A stretch of 64,000 bases of DNA from the human T2T-CHM13v2.0 reference genome, Homo sapiens, in assembly GCF_009914755.1 (NCBI RefSeq), contig NC_060935.1; one strand, 5' to 3'. Below are positions 38,380-56,900 of the stretch, piece by piece (position 1 is the first letter of the stretch; each line of letters starts with the position of its first letter). A model generated the notes under the pieces. The model made no database searches. It saw only the letters and a program-made list of their open reading frames with translations, and was not told the origin of the DNA. The translations under genes and the position numbers were made by a program.

Positions 38380-39570
38380 GTGTCGAGCACAGGCAGGGTG
38401 AGGAGGATATCCACTCAGAGTGGGGAGGGGTAGTGATGGAAGAATGGTTATATATGATCAAAAAAGTAAATGTATTTTAGGTAATCAAAGCCAGGTTTCT
38501 CCCTGCTAGAGAAGGGAGTTACAGGTATGGAAAGAGAAAAATAAAATTAACCCAATGGTGTTGGATTGGATTTGGAGGTATCAGTGTGAACTCATGGTTT
38601 TCCAGATAGATATGCTTTCTAGCTCTCTCCATTGAGATGGCCTGGAAGCCACATCCCAATAGCAATGAACACTCCAGTCTTGGCTTCTTCAAGCCAGGGC
38701 CCCTTGTAGCAATAGCTGATTCCAGGCCTGGGACAAGGAACTTACAAGATGAGCCTGGAACAGCTTGCTGTGCCAGAAAGTAAATCAGTGCTCAAAGAGT
38801 TATGGGGACATGTCAAAAAGATATAGAAGTTATCCCATAGGGGCTCCCATGGGTCATGTCTGGATCACTCTGTGCATCAAAGTAAGTAACAGTAATGACA
38901 GATTATAACTCACTGAATAAAATAAGAAACGATGAGTCCAAACCGTTAGGGAGGGAACGAGCAAGGAAGGGAGAATTTGATGAGGAACAGTATAGTTATA
39001 TAGTCTCAAAATACCTCCCCACAAAATACATGTTCACTACACATGGAAAAGGAATCATTTTCTGCAGTAATTTTCCTATGGGGAAGCCTGGCAAGCACCA
39101 TCAAAGTGATCAAAGCAAAGATCACCAGTAATGGGACAAACTGAAGTCACATGCCACCTGACAGGATGCAATGAGAAAAACACAGTGTCACCCCGGTAGT
39201 ACTCCTGCTAAAGATTTCAATCCTGAATCTAATCATAAGGAGACATCAGACAGACCAAAAGTGAAGGCCATTCTACAGAATAACTGGCCTATAATCTTCA
39301 AAGGTATCAAGCTCATGAAAGTGAAAGGACTGAGGAACTGTTTAGTCTGAAAAAGACGAAAAGACATGACAACGCAAGATTTTGGAGGAGACTAGAGTCA
39401 TGTATCCACGGGCGTTTCCTGATTTTGTTGGTTGTGTTGTGGTTATGTAAGGGAATGTCCTTGTTTGTAGGAAACACTAAAATATTCACTCAGGAAAAAA
39501 TAGAGTATGTGTATTCTACTTGCAAGTGTCTGTAAATTTAAAATTGTTTTTAGAAACAATAAACAATAAA
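38380..39570 (+). mobile_element. L1MC-type 3' region
   Basis: ggaggtatcagtgtgaactcatggtttt ... gctgattccaggcctggg ... gatgagcctggaaca, typical of L1MC 3' UTRs. Confidence 0.7.
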
Positions 39571-40089
39571 CAAAATGCCCACAATAAAACTCCCAAGATA
39601 AAAACTTTTTCAAATAAGCAATGCTAAGCCTTCAAGGAATGAATAACCCCTAATTCATACAGCTCCTCCATAGCAAAATCAAAGTCAACGTAGTAAAGGA
39701 AAATTGCAAGTTTATAGAACCTACGAACATGTGTGTAAATATCTCAAATGAAATATAAGCAAAATCTAGGGCGCAAGGCTCTGGGAGCCTTTCTTGAGTG
39801 CCACCTGGCCAGCCCTGTGCCCCTGCCTGGCCCTCTCTGCGTGCCCTGTGGCATGAGGCTGTGCTGGCAGCAGTGCCATCTTGGATCAATGGGGTGAGGC
39901 CCCTGGAGAGGTAGCAGAGCACAAAACAGGAGGGACCTGGGGCCTGGGGTACTTCCTGGAGCAGAGTTGCCAAAATACCCCTGAATTCCCTCCTCCAGAC
40001 CTGTGTCTGAGAAAGATGTAAACTCTTCTTATGTTTAAGATACTAGTATGTTGGGTTTTCTGTCTTTTATAGCCAACCCTAATCTTAAT

Positions 40090-41716
<1,627 letters not shown>

Positions 41717-42204
41717 TGTCAAAAATTGCCTTTTCCAGAGATGGCTGCAACGAGAGCTCCCATCTCACATGCGCTTTTAGAACCCTGCCACTCCCCAACA
41801 AGAGGTAGAGTTTATGTCCTTTGCCCTTGAACCTGGGCAGGTGCTTATGATGGCCCTGAGCAGTAGGGTATGGTAAAAGTGATGATGCTATGTGACTTCT
41901 GAAGCTAACTCATACAAATGCAGTACCCTTCAGCCTCCATCCCCTGCCTCTGGCCTTGTTCTTGCCCGACCCCACCTGAACTATGCAGGTGACACAGAGC
42001 TGCATTCCGGCTCAGACCCTGATCCAATACCACACCCGATGTACTAATGTTTGCTTGGGTTTGGCCTCCTCTGGCTCTCTCAGCAAAACCTATCCCTGAG
42101 CCCACCTATCCTAGAGAACTGCCTCGGCCCTACCTGGGGGCAGACACTTTCACAGTCCCCAACCTGAGGGGTGGAGAGAGACAACACAGAAATTAAGGCT
42201 TATC

Positions 42205-42511
42205 TGAGCAGGATGCAGTGGCTCACGCCTATAATCCCAGCACTTTAGGAGGCCGAGGCAGGTGGATCACATGAGGTCGGGTGTTTGAGACCAGCCTGGC
42301 TAACATGGTGAAACCCCGTCTCTGCTAAAAATACAAAAATTAATCAGGCGTGGTGACGGGCACCTGTAATCCCAGCTACTCAGGAGGCTGAGGCAGAAGA
42401 ATCACTTGAACCCAGGAGGTGGAGATTGCAGTGAGCCAAGATCGTACCACTGCACTCCAGCCTGGGTGACAGAGTGAGACTTCTCTCAAACAAAAACAAC
42501 AAACAAACAAG
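42205..42511 (+). mobile_element. AluS
   Basis: Both arms. TSD gaaattaaggcttatc / gaaattaagacatatc. Confidence 0.93.
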
Positions 42512-44271
42512 AAATTAAGACATATCCAACATCTATTTCTGCTAATGAGTCAGAGATAGAGGGGTGGGCTCAGCAAACCCACGTGGGTACTGTGTCCTCA
42601 CCAGCTGCCCAGTGCTGTCCTCCAGGGTCATGCCCAGTAAGGGTGGGAAAAGGTTTGGACTTGGAGAGTTCGAGTCCTTGCTCTGCCCCTGATGTGCTGT
42701 GTGACTCTGGGCATGTCACTTTGCCTCTCTGGGCCTCAGCTTCCTCAGAACCAGGATTCTTGTGTTTATCATTTTTATGCACATTATACCTGACGGGGGC
42801 CTGACATGTGGAGCAGTCGCTTCATAAATGGAGTTAAAAGAATGCTTTGTTCTCCCCATCTATGCCCCCATTATGCCCACCCAGCAGACTTCTACTCGTA
42901 CTCGTACCCAACTCATATGTCACCTCCTCTAGGAAGTCTCCCTTGACTCATCAAGTCACCTGGGGGCGCCCATCACAGCACAGAACTCTGCTCCCACCTC
43001 AGCCAGCCTGGACTCTGATCCCTCTGAGAGGAGAAATCATGTCTGAACCATCTCTGGGTCCCACGTCCCAGCCCAGGACCTGGCACCAGGGAATGGCTGT
43101 TGGACTAATTATCTAATCAGCACATAAGAAAACTTGCTCCTTCAAGAGGATCCCGAAGGGATTCTCGCTGAAGGCCACACAGCCTGTTCCCAGTCAGCAG
43201 GGAACCCCAGCAGCCCGGCTCCTCTGAGAGGCCCATGAGTGAGGTGAGCCACGAGGCTGTTAGGGAAGTCACTGGCATCCAGACGCTGCTTCCTCAGCCG
43301 AACCCATGACACACATGAGACTCTCATTTACTCACTTATTTTCCAACACTGGCAATACTCCAATAGTGACATTTTTTTTTCTGTTAAGATCTGCAGACAT
43401 AGATGAGGATAGTAATTGGCATCAATGCCGACTTAAATACATCCTCATGACTTTCATATCTTAGCCGAACGGCACAGGGAAACTCACTGCTCCACCTGTG
43501 GACTGCCCATGGCAGTGAGGACTCCCAGGTGGCTTCCCTGGGCCTCCTGGGCCTCCTGGGCCACCTCCCTCTCTCATCCGAAGCTAAGGTTAGCCTTAGC
43601 TAACCTTAAAATAAAGGTTTTTAAAAAACTTAAAAACCATACTTTATTTTAAAATAAAACAAAATCTGATGTCCTGAGATTTGATCCTGGTGTTTGATCA
43701 CAGACCCTTGGCCTGTTTCAACCCAGTCCAGCTCAGCTAGGGGTGAACTCAGACACGAGGCATCCCATGGACCATGCTCCAGTCCCTCTGTGAGACCCTT
43801 GTAGAAGCCAGTCTGTCCCTCTGCCTCTCTGCCTGCTTCCCCATTTTCATACCAGTGCAGCCTGAGACACTGTCTCAGAAACACCCTCCAGCTGCTGGGC
43901 AGAGACAGGCAAGAGAGGGGAGACTGAGGCAGGAGACCAGTGCTGCAGATGCTCTGATGCCCTGCCCTACATCCCCCAAGGTCACCCCAGCTGCAATAAT
44001 GTCATGCTGTGACAGCGGCCCACCCCATGTGCCACCCTCTCTCTGCTTCTCCGCCCAAGAAGATAAGGGCTTTCACATGAGCCTGTTCCGCCCTACAGAT
44101 ACCTCAGCGTGCCCAGTGAGACCAAGTTTGTTTCTCACACACACTTCATTGTTTTTTCTCCTCATTTTCCTCACTGCCTGCTTTGCTTCTAGGAGGATCA
44201 CCCCCACACTGCCCCTGATAAACTACATAACCCAAGTCCTTATATCAGGGTCTGCTTTTGGGGGAACCCTA

Positions 44272-45597
<1,326 letters not shown>

Positions 45598-45974
45598 ATA
45601 GCATTTATAAAGGAGAGCTCATTTTGGGAGTATGTATGTACATGCGTATGTGTAACAGATTCCAACCACAGAGTACTCAAATGTGCAAAAGAAGTGGCAA
45701 TTTTATTTTTCTAACTAAATTTAGTTTCTATTATGAGCCACCATTCTGTGAAGTGGAAACTTAATCTCAGTCACTTCTGGATCCCCCCCTCACCTCATTT
45801 TCCCTATTCCTACAGGTTGGTCCTCCAATATATCCGTCTACAGTGGTGTGCCCTGAGACACTCCGTCAGCTTGTCTGAGCTCTGGCTATCAGTTCTCACT
45901 GGTCATTGCCATGTGGTTCCCACCCACATGGCCCTTCCGTTCCAGGCAGCTTTCTTGGCTGCTACAGGGTCCTT

Positions 45975-46410
45975 GCGGTAGGCAGACAAAATGTCCCCCT
46001 TCCCCAAGATATATTCACTTCCTAATCCCCAGAACCTGTTAGTGCTGTTATTACCTTATATGGCAAAAGATGAATATTGCCTTATAGGGCAAAATATGCG
46101 ATTAAGATGAAGATCTTGACAACAAGGGCTTATCGTGTGTTATCTGGATGGGTCCTAAATGCAGTTGCATGTGCCCTTACAAGAGGCAGAGGAGATCAGA
46201 CAGACTCACAGGGAAGGCCACATGCAGATGGAACCGAGAAAGATGCAGGGAAGATTCTCTCCTGGAACCCCCGGAGGTAGTGTGTCTCTGCTGACACCTT
46301 CGCTTCAGCTCCCTGAACTGATTTCAGACTCCGGAACCAAGAGAAAACACATTTCTGTTGTTTTAAGCCACTCAGTTTGGTGTCATTTGTTACCGCAGGA
46401 AACTGATACA
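45975..46410 (+). mobile_element. MaLR MLT1 LTR
   Basis: cctaatccccagaacctg...ttaccttatatggcaaaag...catttctgttgttttaagccactcagtttgg...gcaggaaactgataca. Confidence 0.8.
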
Positions 46411-47085
46411 GCTGCACGTCAGTATACTGTGATTGCTTCCAGGTGTGTGTAAACAAAGGGGCACCTGGGATGGGGGCTCCCCAAGGCTCTCCATCACTCC
46501 CCACAACCCCCTGGGGCCCAGGACTCCCTCTCTTGCCCCAGTCCCTTTCCAGGGGTGTGGGACATTTTGTGAAGCTCTCTCCGGCCCATCTGCCTGACTT
46601 CTCTCAGGCATCTGTGCTCTGCTAGCCAGGACCACAGCGGGCTGTCAGGAACTCGAGTGCCCTGGCGCCTCCCAGGTTCTGGTGAGAGGGAGGGCACAAG
46701 TCCTCCCTGCTCTGGGAGTCCCAGCACCCCTCAGTCTCCATCTCGGTGTGGCCGGGTCTCACACACTCTCTTCCTGGGACAAAACTGGGGAAGGCGGGTG
46801 GTGCAGGACCCCTCCTTAGCACCCACAGCTCCTTGAAACTCTCCCTTCCCTCCATCAGAATATTTTCTGGCTGGTCTGGAAGCTGGGTTGCTTGACTCTT
46901 CACCACTTCTTCCAAATGTGTTTCTTACACTCAAACCCCCAAAGCCAAAGGCCTTTATTGTCAGTGTTCCACCATAGCATGAAGGTGTGGTCCCCAACAG
47001 CCAGGGTGAGAGCAAAGGTCATGAGTTAAAGAAACTCTGGAGGAAGGGGAACAACGTTTAATAGTTCAATTTTTTTTCTAGCTAT

Positions 47086-47118
<33 letters not shown>

Positions 47119-47135
47119 TACATATACACACATAC
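47086..47135. repeat. (CA)n microsatellite
   Basis: Visible CA run. Confidence 0.9.
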
Positions 47136-47736
47136 CTATGTATATGATTGGAGAGAAATACTACAAAAAAGATTAAAATTGCTTAGCTTTGGTTCACAAA
47201 TATTTTCTTCATGGTCCCTTTCCTGTACCTTTCCCCAAATACCTAACATTAACATGTATTATTTTTGTAATTGAGGAAAAATCGTTATTTTAAAGGAATT
47301 GTTTAAAGGGCATAACATTTCAAACAAAATTTTTAAGTAGGCATGAAAGAAAACAGTGCAAGAATAAAGCTGGAATTGCCTAAAGAGCAATGGATTTGCC
47401 ATGGGGAGCGCACATGCTTTGCTTCCCACTTCCCAGCAGCCCGTAAGCATGAGAAACGCAGCCACAGTGTTCATGAGATTGAAACAGACCAACTGCTCAG
47501 AAGGACTGCTATTCTTAGGCCCAAAAGCAGACAGAAATTTCTGCCAAGGATCTGTTAGACACATAGTATTAATCTACTTTTTAAAGAGGAAAGTGAAGCT
47601 GAGTGCTGAGATTATTTGCCCAGAGATGCAGCTACCGAGAAGGGCAGCTGGGATTTGAACCCACAGAATAGCCATAAGGAGTGATCCTTTTAGAACATGT
47701 CACATCATGTCTCTTCCCTGCTCAAAACCTCCAATG

Positions 47737-48066
<330 letters not shown>

Positions 48067-49448
48067 TCACTTAGGGCAAAACCAAAGCCCTTACCGTGGC
48101 CTGTAAAGCCCTGGTGAACCCTCAGTAACAAACGGCCTGACCTCCTGCCCTAATGCTGTCCTGTTCCCTGCCTCCCACAAGAAGCCGGGTGGCCCCACCT
48201 TAGAGCCTTTACCATGGCTGTTCCTTGGCCAGAAACATACTCCCTACAGACATTTGGATGATGAACTCCCAAACTCTTCAAGCCCTGGCCCAACTGTCCT
48301 TCTAAGGAGGCCTGCACTGACCACCCAATTTAAAATTGTAACCTACCCCCTTCCCCCCAACACTCCCCCTCGCACTGCTCTATTTTTATCCATAGTGCTG
48401 TCATTTTCTAACATTCACTGTGTTTGCTCTTTGTCATCTGTTCCCTCTGCTAGAAAACAAGCCCCACAAGGACAGGATTTAGGGCTTTTGTTCACTGATG
48501 TCACCTAAGTGCCATAGACAGAACCTGACACATAGTAGATGCTCACTAAGTTTTTGTTGAGTGATTGAGTGATGCACAGAGAATGCTCCCCACATTGCTT
48601 CACACATGGGGAGGCTCAGAGAATGTGGCCCTATTTAGCTTGTGCAGGTCAAGGTCAGGGCCACGCCCTTCTGCATGTGTTATGATGGATGGGTCAGGTC
48701 CTGTGTTAGGCACTAGAGGTCAAAATAACCCAGTGCTCAAGTACTTCCCATTCTGATGCGGAATACATGCCAACTAACATAACACAGAAAGCAAGACAAA
48801 TTTTTTATTGGAGGAAAAAAGTATCACCATAAGGAGATAATTTATATGCTAAAATCATGCTGGGCACTTTTGTATAAGTTTTCTCACCAAATGCTCATAG
48901 GACCCACAGGTAGGTACAAACAGCACCATATGCAAGCAAGTAAACGGAGACTCATTGAGTCAGGTAACGTGCCCAAGGTCTGGTTGGTGTGGGAGTCATT
49001 CTGACCCAGGGGGATCTTGGGAAGTTGCAGTAGAGCTGAAGGGTAGGTAAGATGTTAACAGAAAGAGAAGGCAGACTGCACATCCCAGGTGGCAGGGACA
49101 GCGGAACCAAGGCACAGACGAAGTAGCCTGTGAGATGTACTTAACAGCAGCCGGAATCAGGAAAGGGCAGGTCTGTCTGCTATGCCACCTGGACCCATGC
49201 TGAAGTGGGACAAAAGTCTGGTGCCCAGCCTGGGGATAGGGTGTGCCCAGGCTCACTGCTGAGATAGGGAGTGAAGCCTGTAGTCCTGAAGACGGCCTCA
49301 CCCCTCCATCTAGGCCCTCATTGGCAGGACTGGCCCTCTGACCCTGGCCTCCTCGGGCCTGCTTCAGGCTGCAGCATCCCCGGGTTTGCATCTCTGGCTC
49401 CTCAGCAGTCACCCTGGCCACTTGGTCAAGAACCTGCAATAATAAGTT

Positions 49449-49741
49449 GGGCATGCTGGCTCACACCTGTAATCTCAGTGATTTGAGAGGCCGAGGCAGG
49501 AAGATCAGTTAAGCCCAGGAGTTCAAGACCAGCCCAGGCAACAAAGCAAGATGTCCATCTCTACAAAAAAAAAAAAAAAAAAAAAAAAAGTGATTTGCTG
49601 AGTGTGGTGGTGTGTACTTGTAATCCTTGAGCTAAGGAGGCTGAGGCTTCAGTGAGCTATGATTGTACCACTGCACTCCAGCCTGGATGACAGAGGAGAC
49701 CCTGTCTCTTAAAACAAACAAACAAACAAACAAACAAACAA
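49449..49741 (+). mobile_element. AluJ with expanded middle A-run and right-arm deletion
   Basis: Left arm, ~A25 run, partial right arm, (AAAC)n tail. Confidence 0.85.
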
Positions 49742-52700
49742 CCTGCAAAAAGTCTCCAGGCACCTTCACTCAATCTGCTGTGGGCTTGAGGGCCACTAAA
49801 AAGCAAGCCAGGCCCTTTTTCCATGCTCCTTAACAGTTTGGGCTTAAGTAGGGCAACTGCCCCAGCATTTTGTGACTCTTAATTTTTTATTTTAAGTCTT
49901 GCACTAGGATTATCATAATTTATATAAGGGCAAATGTGTATGAGCACTGACTGTGCACTTTCACATTCCTTATTCAATTTCATTCTCTTCGCAAGTTTGC
50001 AAGGTAAGTTTTACGTCTCCATTTTCCTGAGAATCTGATATATGCAAAGCCACAGGTGATCAGCGATTGAGATTCAGTCATTCATCATCTCCTTATCCCT
50101 TCATTTGTTTACTATTCAATTCTTTTTGAGCATCCCCCCTGGCCAGCCACAGAAGGCATAGATGGGATTTGAACACAGATCTCCTGACTCCTGGCTTATT
50201 CCTTTGTCAGGCATTCAGATTCCCTCTCGAGTAACATTTATCAAGAGCCTTCAGTGTTGGAGGTTTTATCCATGTCTTAACATGTAATTCCCATAACAGT
50301 GTACCAGGAGGGAATCTGCTGTACCACTTTACAAGTTAAAAACAGAGGCTCAGAAAAAAGAAATCGTTTGTCTGAAGCCTCCCATTGGCAGAGCCTAGGA
50401 TCCCACAGGGCTGAATCTAACCTGTAGATTCCCACCTCAGCGTTCACATTCCGTCCCATTTTTCCTTTCTCTGCCTTGCCCTCTCGTGCCTGGGTTCTCT
50501 TATATCCCTCGGGCTGGGTTCTGGGGTGAAAACTGAAGCAGCGAGCTATCTAACAGCCCAGCTCCCAGCGGGCTCTGCGGGGGAAAGGCAGCAGAGGAAA
50601 GCATTCCCCGGTGTGTGTATGTTTGGGGGTGGGGGCATAAGTGCAGCCCCGGTTCTGAGGGCTGCTCCCTCGCCAGGCACTGGAGCAGTCAGGGCCTGGA
50701 AGGGACCAGGCTACTTCATGCAGGGTAGGGGTGGGGCATCTCTAGGCCAGCTAAGCTCAGATGACCTTGGCCATGGGTCACAGTCAGTCCCTTCTCCCCC
50801 TTGGGAAGGCAGCGCTGGGATGTTGTGGGTCCAGTACACTCCCCCGACTGTCCTGGGGCACACACCCGACAGAGGTGTGTGGAGGAGGTGGGGTGGGAGA
50901 GGGGACTCAGGCTGGTCAGGGCAGGTTCAGAGGCGGGCCTGGTTTGGAGAAACAACCACCCATCAGCCAGGCTTGGGGAGGGGAAGGCCAGAGGAGAGGA
51001 AGGAGGAGTCTGGAGAGGGGAGAGAAAGACGTAGAAAAACAGACAAGGAGAGAGGGCAGGAGTGGGGGACACAGGTACTGGGAGAGAGTAGAGACACAGA
51101 GACAAGAGAGAAAAGGCAACAAAGACAAAGCCAGAGACGCCCAGCCCGAGAGACAGAGCCACACGGAGAGAATGGAGAGGGGAGCAGGGTCAGAGGGCCC
51201 GGACGACGCAGAGAAGGACGCGAGAGGACGTGAGAGGGACTTCCCCCAGGGGCAGGGAGAGGCCTTGGGCAGCTCCTCCGCTGGGCCGGGCTGCCTGCCT
51301 GCTGGACTCCGGGAAGGAGGCAGTGACCGCACCCATCTGGAAGCTGTCAGGTCCCTCAAGGATGAGGGCGTTGGGAGGAAGCCAGACATGAGCCACGTCT
51401 AGAGAGAGGAAGCGGCGGGATTTGAAAAAGATGTGAGTGGGCAGAGGGGGCAGGGAGGTTGCAGTAGACTGGGCTCTCCTGTCTGGAATTTTTCAGTGGG
51501 GAAAAGAGAGAGTCTGGCAGTTTGGGGCTCTTCTGGAGAAGGCCTGGACTGGGCAGGTTGATCAGAGAAGGCCAGCTCCCCAACCCCACCTCTAGGAAAA
51601 CAGAGCCCTAGAGAAGGGAAGTGAAGACCCAAGGTCACAGTTTTCAGGTCATGTCATCATTCATTCATTTATGCACTCATTGATTCAGCAAACATTAACT
51701 GAGTCCAGTACTGTGCTAGGTTCTAAGGGAACATAGATGAGCATTAGATAGTCTCTGCCCCAGAGCCCACAGTCTGTGGGGAAGATGGATGTGACTACAC
51801 AGTGTGCCAAATGCCACCATGCAGAGAAGCCCAGGGGTGTGAAGGTCATTCTGGGGGATTCAAAGGCAACTCCCTGAGGAGGGATACCAGGGCTAAACCG
51901 AACCGACCAGGAGGAGCAGGGAGGGAGGGCATGCCAAGCTGGGAAGGCCAAATGACCAAAGTGTGTCACACTGGTGGGGGGAGTCATCAAATTCAGCTCA
52001 CTTTACTCTCCAGTGCACAGGGAAGCTGTGATTTTATGTGTTACTAATCTGACTTTCCTCCCAAACTCCTCCCTCCCTGCCCTAACCCCAGGTTGGCGGG
52101 AAAAAGTTACAGAATGCCATCTAATTTGGTTGAAAGTTTGGTCTGATCTGATCATTGAAGCTGTCTAGGTAATATCAGTCTGTCTTGTATAAAAACGTCC
52201 TGTCCCTCAGGTCGCTTCCCCTTTCACCTGCCTCTCAGCTGTGTGGGAGCATCAGGAGTGGTGGGGGAAAGGGTTTTTAGTGGGAGCAGCCAGGCAGGCC
52301 GATCGTCCTGAACCGGCAGATGCAGTCAGTGCCACTGCCTCTCCAGGGCCATCCTGCGCCTGTCCAGTTGCTGGTTTCTCCCATGGGGTCTCCAGCTCAG
52401 GAGCTCAGGGCCTTCCTTTAGCCCAGGCCGTTCCTCCAGTGGTGGCCCTGGCCAATCTGACTGCGCTTGGGCTCCTGGTGCTTGCAGACCCACAGTCTCT
52501 GCCCTGGTCCCCATCAATCCCCCTGCCCAGTGGGCTCTCATCGGCCTCTGCCGCCCGGGCCCTTTACCCTTTCAGGCCTATTGGTTCACTGGCCCTCAAT
52601 TCAGCCTCCTGGTGCCCTTGGGACAGGCCAGCCCAGGGAAGCTGACGCTCAGGCCTCCCTCTCTTGGGCCACATTGTAAGTCTAAGTTTACAGGGCTGCA

Positions 52701-52744
52701 TTGCCTTGTTGCTCAGTGGCATTCCATAGTATAAATATATTGGA

Positions 52745-52916
52745 GTTTTTTGTTTTTCTTTTTTGAGCCAGGGCCTGGCTCTGTTGCCCAGGCTGGAGTG
52801 CAGTGGCACAATCTCAGCTCACCACGACCTCCACCTCCCTGGCTGAAGCCATCCTCCCCCAATCAGTCCCCCTAGTAGTTGGGACTAGAGGTGCACGCCA
52901 CCATGCCTGACTAATT
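52745..52916 (-). mobile_element. Alu right-arm fragment
   Basis: ggctctgttgcccaggctggagtgcagtggcacaatctcagctcac. Confidence 0.85.
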
Positions 52917-53109
52917 TGTGTTGGAATTTTTAACCACTTCTTATTCTTGTACATTTTCCTCCTATTTTTCACTATTATAAACAGTACTACAATAAATATC
53001 CTGTACTTTCCTCTTTGTGCACATATGCAGGTGTTTTTCTGGGGTAGATATCATGAGGTGAATTGCTGGGTCAAATACATAAAGATATGTGTATTTAAAT
53101 TCTAATAGA

Positions 53110-53884
<775 letters not shown>

Positions 53885-54013
53885 TAATAGAGTCTATCAG
53901 ATGGCCTCCAAAAAGGCTACGCCAATTTACATGGCCAGCAACTCTTATCAACATTTACTATCATCAATATTTTTCAAAATGTGTCAATGTTATAGGCAAA
54001 AACGAATTTCTGA

Positions 54014-54220
<207 letters not shown>

Positions 54221-56339
54221 TAAGGAGGGCATCTTTGCATGTATACATCCTTTTTATTTCCTTTTCGACTTTCCTATTCAAACACTTTGCCCAGTTTTCT
54301 ATTTTGTCTGTCTTTTCTTATTGATTTACAGGAGCTGTTTCTATTGCCCAGACATTGATCTCTTCTTATACACGGGGCAAATATTTCTCTTGATTTGTCA
54401 TTTACGTCTTAACACTATTCTGTCTCTTATTACAAAAAAAGTTCTTAATTGATATGTGGTCAAATGTAGCTGACTTAATTCTTTAGGGCCATTGTGCTTT
54501 ATTTTTTTTTTCTAAATTAAAATTAAAATTTGCTCAGATCTCCAATCTTATCTCTCTTGGGGAGAGACCCCCTGAATTGTCCCCCACACAGTGGGAAAGG
54601 GACTTAGTTCAACCTTCCCAGCCAGTGAGCCAGCACCTGTGTCCAAGGAACCCTTGCGGCCATCACTCCTCCCAGCCACCAGCAGCACCGCATGGAAACT
54701 TGGTCCTGCCAGCTGCAGCAGGGCCCTCTGCCAGGCCATCGTGGTCCCCTGAGGGATCATCCCACTACCTCCATGCCAAGCTCAGATAAGGGTGCACCTG
54801 GTCTCTTTGCCTGGCAGCTCTGCCTGCGTGGCCCCTGGCCGTGGGTGGTCCTGGCTGGGTGGAGGCTGGCGCCACCATTCTCTCAATGATAAGACTTCTG
54901 TTCCCTCTTCTCCTCTGGGTTGGCTCAGGGGCCTGGCAGCTTTTCCTTTTCAGCCCACAAAATACTTTAATTACACTCTAATTACACTCCCATTCCCTGC
55001 CCACACTGCTGTCCCCACCCAGGCATGGCTTTTCTCCATGCTTCCCTGCCCACCCCGTTCAAAGGGTGGCTGTGTTTCCCACGAGCTGAGAAGAATACAA
55101 ATCCTCCAGCAGCAACCTCACCCCTTACCAACCCCTTGTACCCTGACAGCCTAAGCATATGGTGTTGCAGCTATTAGGGGGACCCCATTCTCGTTTTTCA
55201 TTCCCAGGCAACCCCAGAGTCCAAGATGCAGGTTGCTTCTGGGGTCTGCTTTCTCGAGAACCCTGACCCACCCCTGTTCCTCCAGTGACCCCTCACTCTC
55301 CTAGGACTGTGGGGGCCTGCCCTGCAGCAACGTTGTAAGGAAGGCCACATTCAGGAAATCCAAGGTCATTTTCTGCCTATTACGCTTCTTGTTAAATAAA
55401 ATACAACTTAATTCCTTACAGGGCCCTCCTTCTGGGAGAGCACCCACTGCTCATCTGAATTCTAGAGAACCACTCAAGTGCATATAGACGGCATCCATCC
55501 TAAGAAGGAAAGTGCTCTCTAAGAAGCCACTATGCCTGAAATGCCACCATATGTATACACCATTCCACTATGGAAAACATTGCCTTTTCGGGGCTCTTCC
55601 TGTGAAATGCAGGTATATTTAGCTCTTCATGCTATAGTATGAATTAGCCTATCACTGGGTTCCCTTGTGACAAGAAAGCCCACGGCAACCAGACTGCCCA
55701 GGTTTCCCAGGGACATCCTGATTCTAAATATTAAAACATTGCATTAACCGGAATCTATATAACAAAAGTGTGTACTCCCTACACATCATTCTGTTCTTTT
55801 CAAGGAAATGGTTTGTTGAGTGTGTGACTGCATATGGTTTCATTTTTATGCCTTATTGACACTTAACCCTGTCCCAGGCCATGAGCTCTTGCTGGACATA
55901 CCAGAACAAAGACATAGTCTCTTCAAGATGGCATTCACAGCCATAGGGCAGGACGACAGGTGGGCGACAACCATAGCCAGCAGAAGAGCAGACACTGGAA
56001 CAGAGGTTCAAACCAACAACTATGGAGCGAGCTGAGGTGGTAACTCATGGTCCGGGGAGCTGAGAAAGTCCTGAGGGATCTCTGGGTGTAGCCAGATGGA
56101 ATAGACTGGCAAGGGCATTCCAGACGGAAGGAACAGCCGTGCTAAAGCCCAGAAGCTGAAAATAGCATCTCGCTTTCAGGGAGTGGCAATCACCTCGCTA
56201 CTGTGAGGGCTGGAGAAGGGGCGGGTGGAGTGAGAGGAGGGCAGCAAGGCAGGGGCCAGGTCATGAAGGGCCTTGCATTTACCAGTCTAGAAGGGAGTCT
56301 GCAGGTTTTATCTTGAATGCAATCAAGACTCATGGAAGA

Positions 56340-56900
56340 TTTTATTTATTTCTTTATTTTAGCCTTTTATTGAAGCGTAATACATATACAGAAAAATTCA
56401 CCTATCATAAGTATGCATCTTGGTAAATTTTCACAAGGAATATACCCATGGAACCAACATCCAGATCAAAATCTGTCAGGCGTCTAGCACCCAGAAGCCC
56501 CTGCGGGTCCCTGCCAGTTACTATGTGCCCCCAAGGCTGACCACTGTCCTGTCTTCTGGTACCACAGGTTTGTTTTGCCTGTTTTTTGAACTTTATAAAT
56601 GCAAGTGTACAGTATGAACTGTGTCGTGTTCTGTTGTTCAACAGGACGTCTGTGAGATTTCTCAATATTGCAGCTATCTCCGTAGCTTGTAGCACTCCAT
56701 TGTGTGAATCCGCCACTGTCTGTTGATGGGCACTGGGTGGTCTCCAGTTCTTGGCTATTATGCATAGTGCTCTGAATATCCTTGCATGCGTCTTTGGTAC
56801 ACATGCCTGTTGGGTATATTCCCAGGAGTAGACTTGGTGGGTTGGAGAGCATGCGCATGTTCAACTTGAATATGTGACGCCAAATCATTTTCTCAAGTGT
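56340..56900 (-). mobile_element. Old L1ME 3' fragment
   Basis: ttttattgaagcgtaatacatatacagaaaa...cctgttttttgaactttataaatg...ggctattatgcatagtgc. Confidence 0.7.

Noticed and set aside
50526-51402. 235-aa, 213-aa and 157-aa overlapping ORFs
   Set aside because: Low-complexity products of GA-rich sequence with no homology signal.
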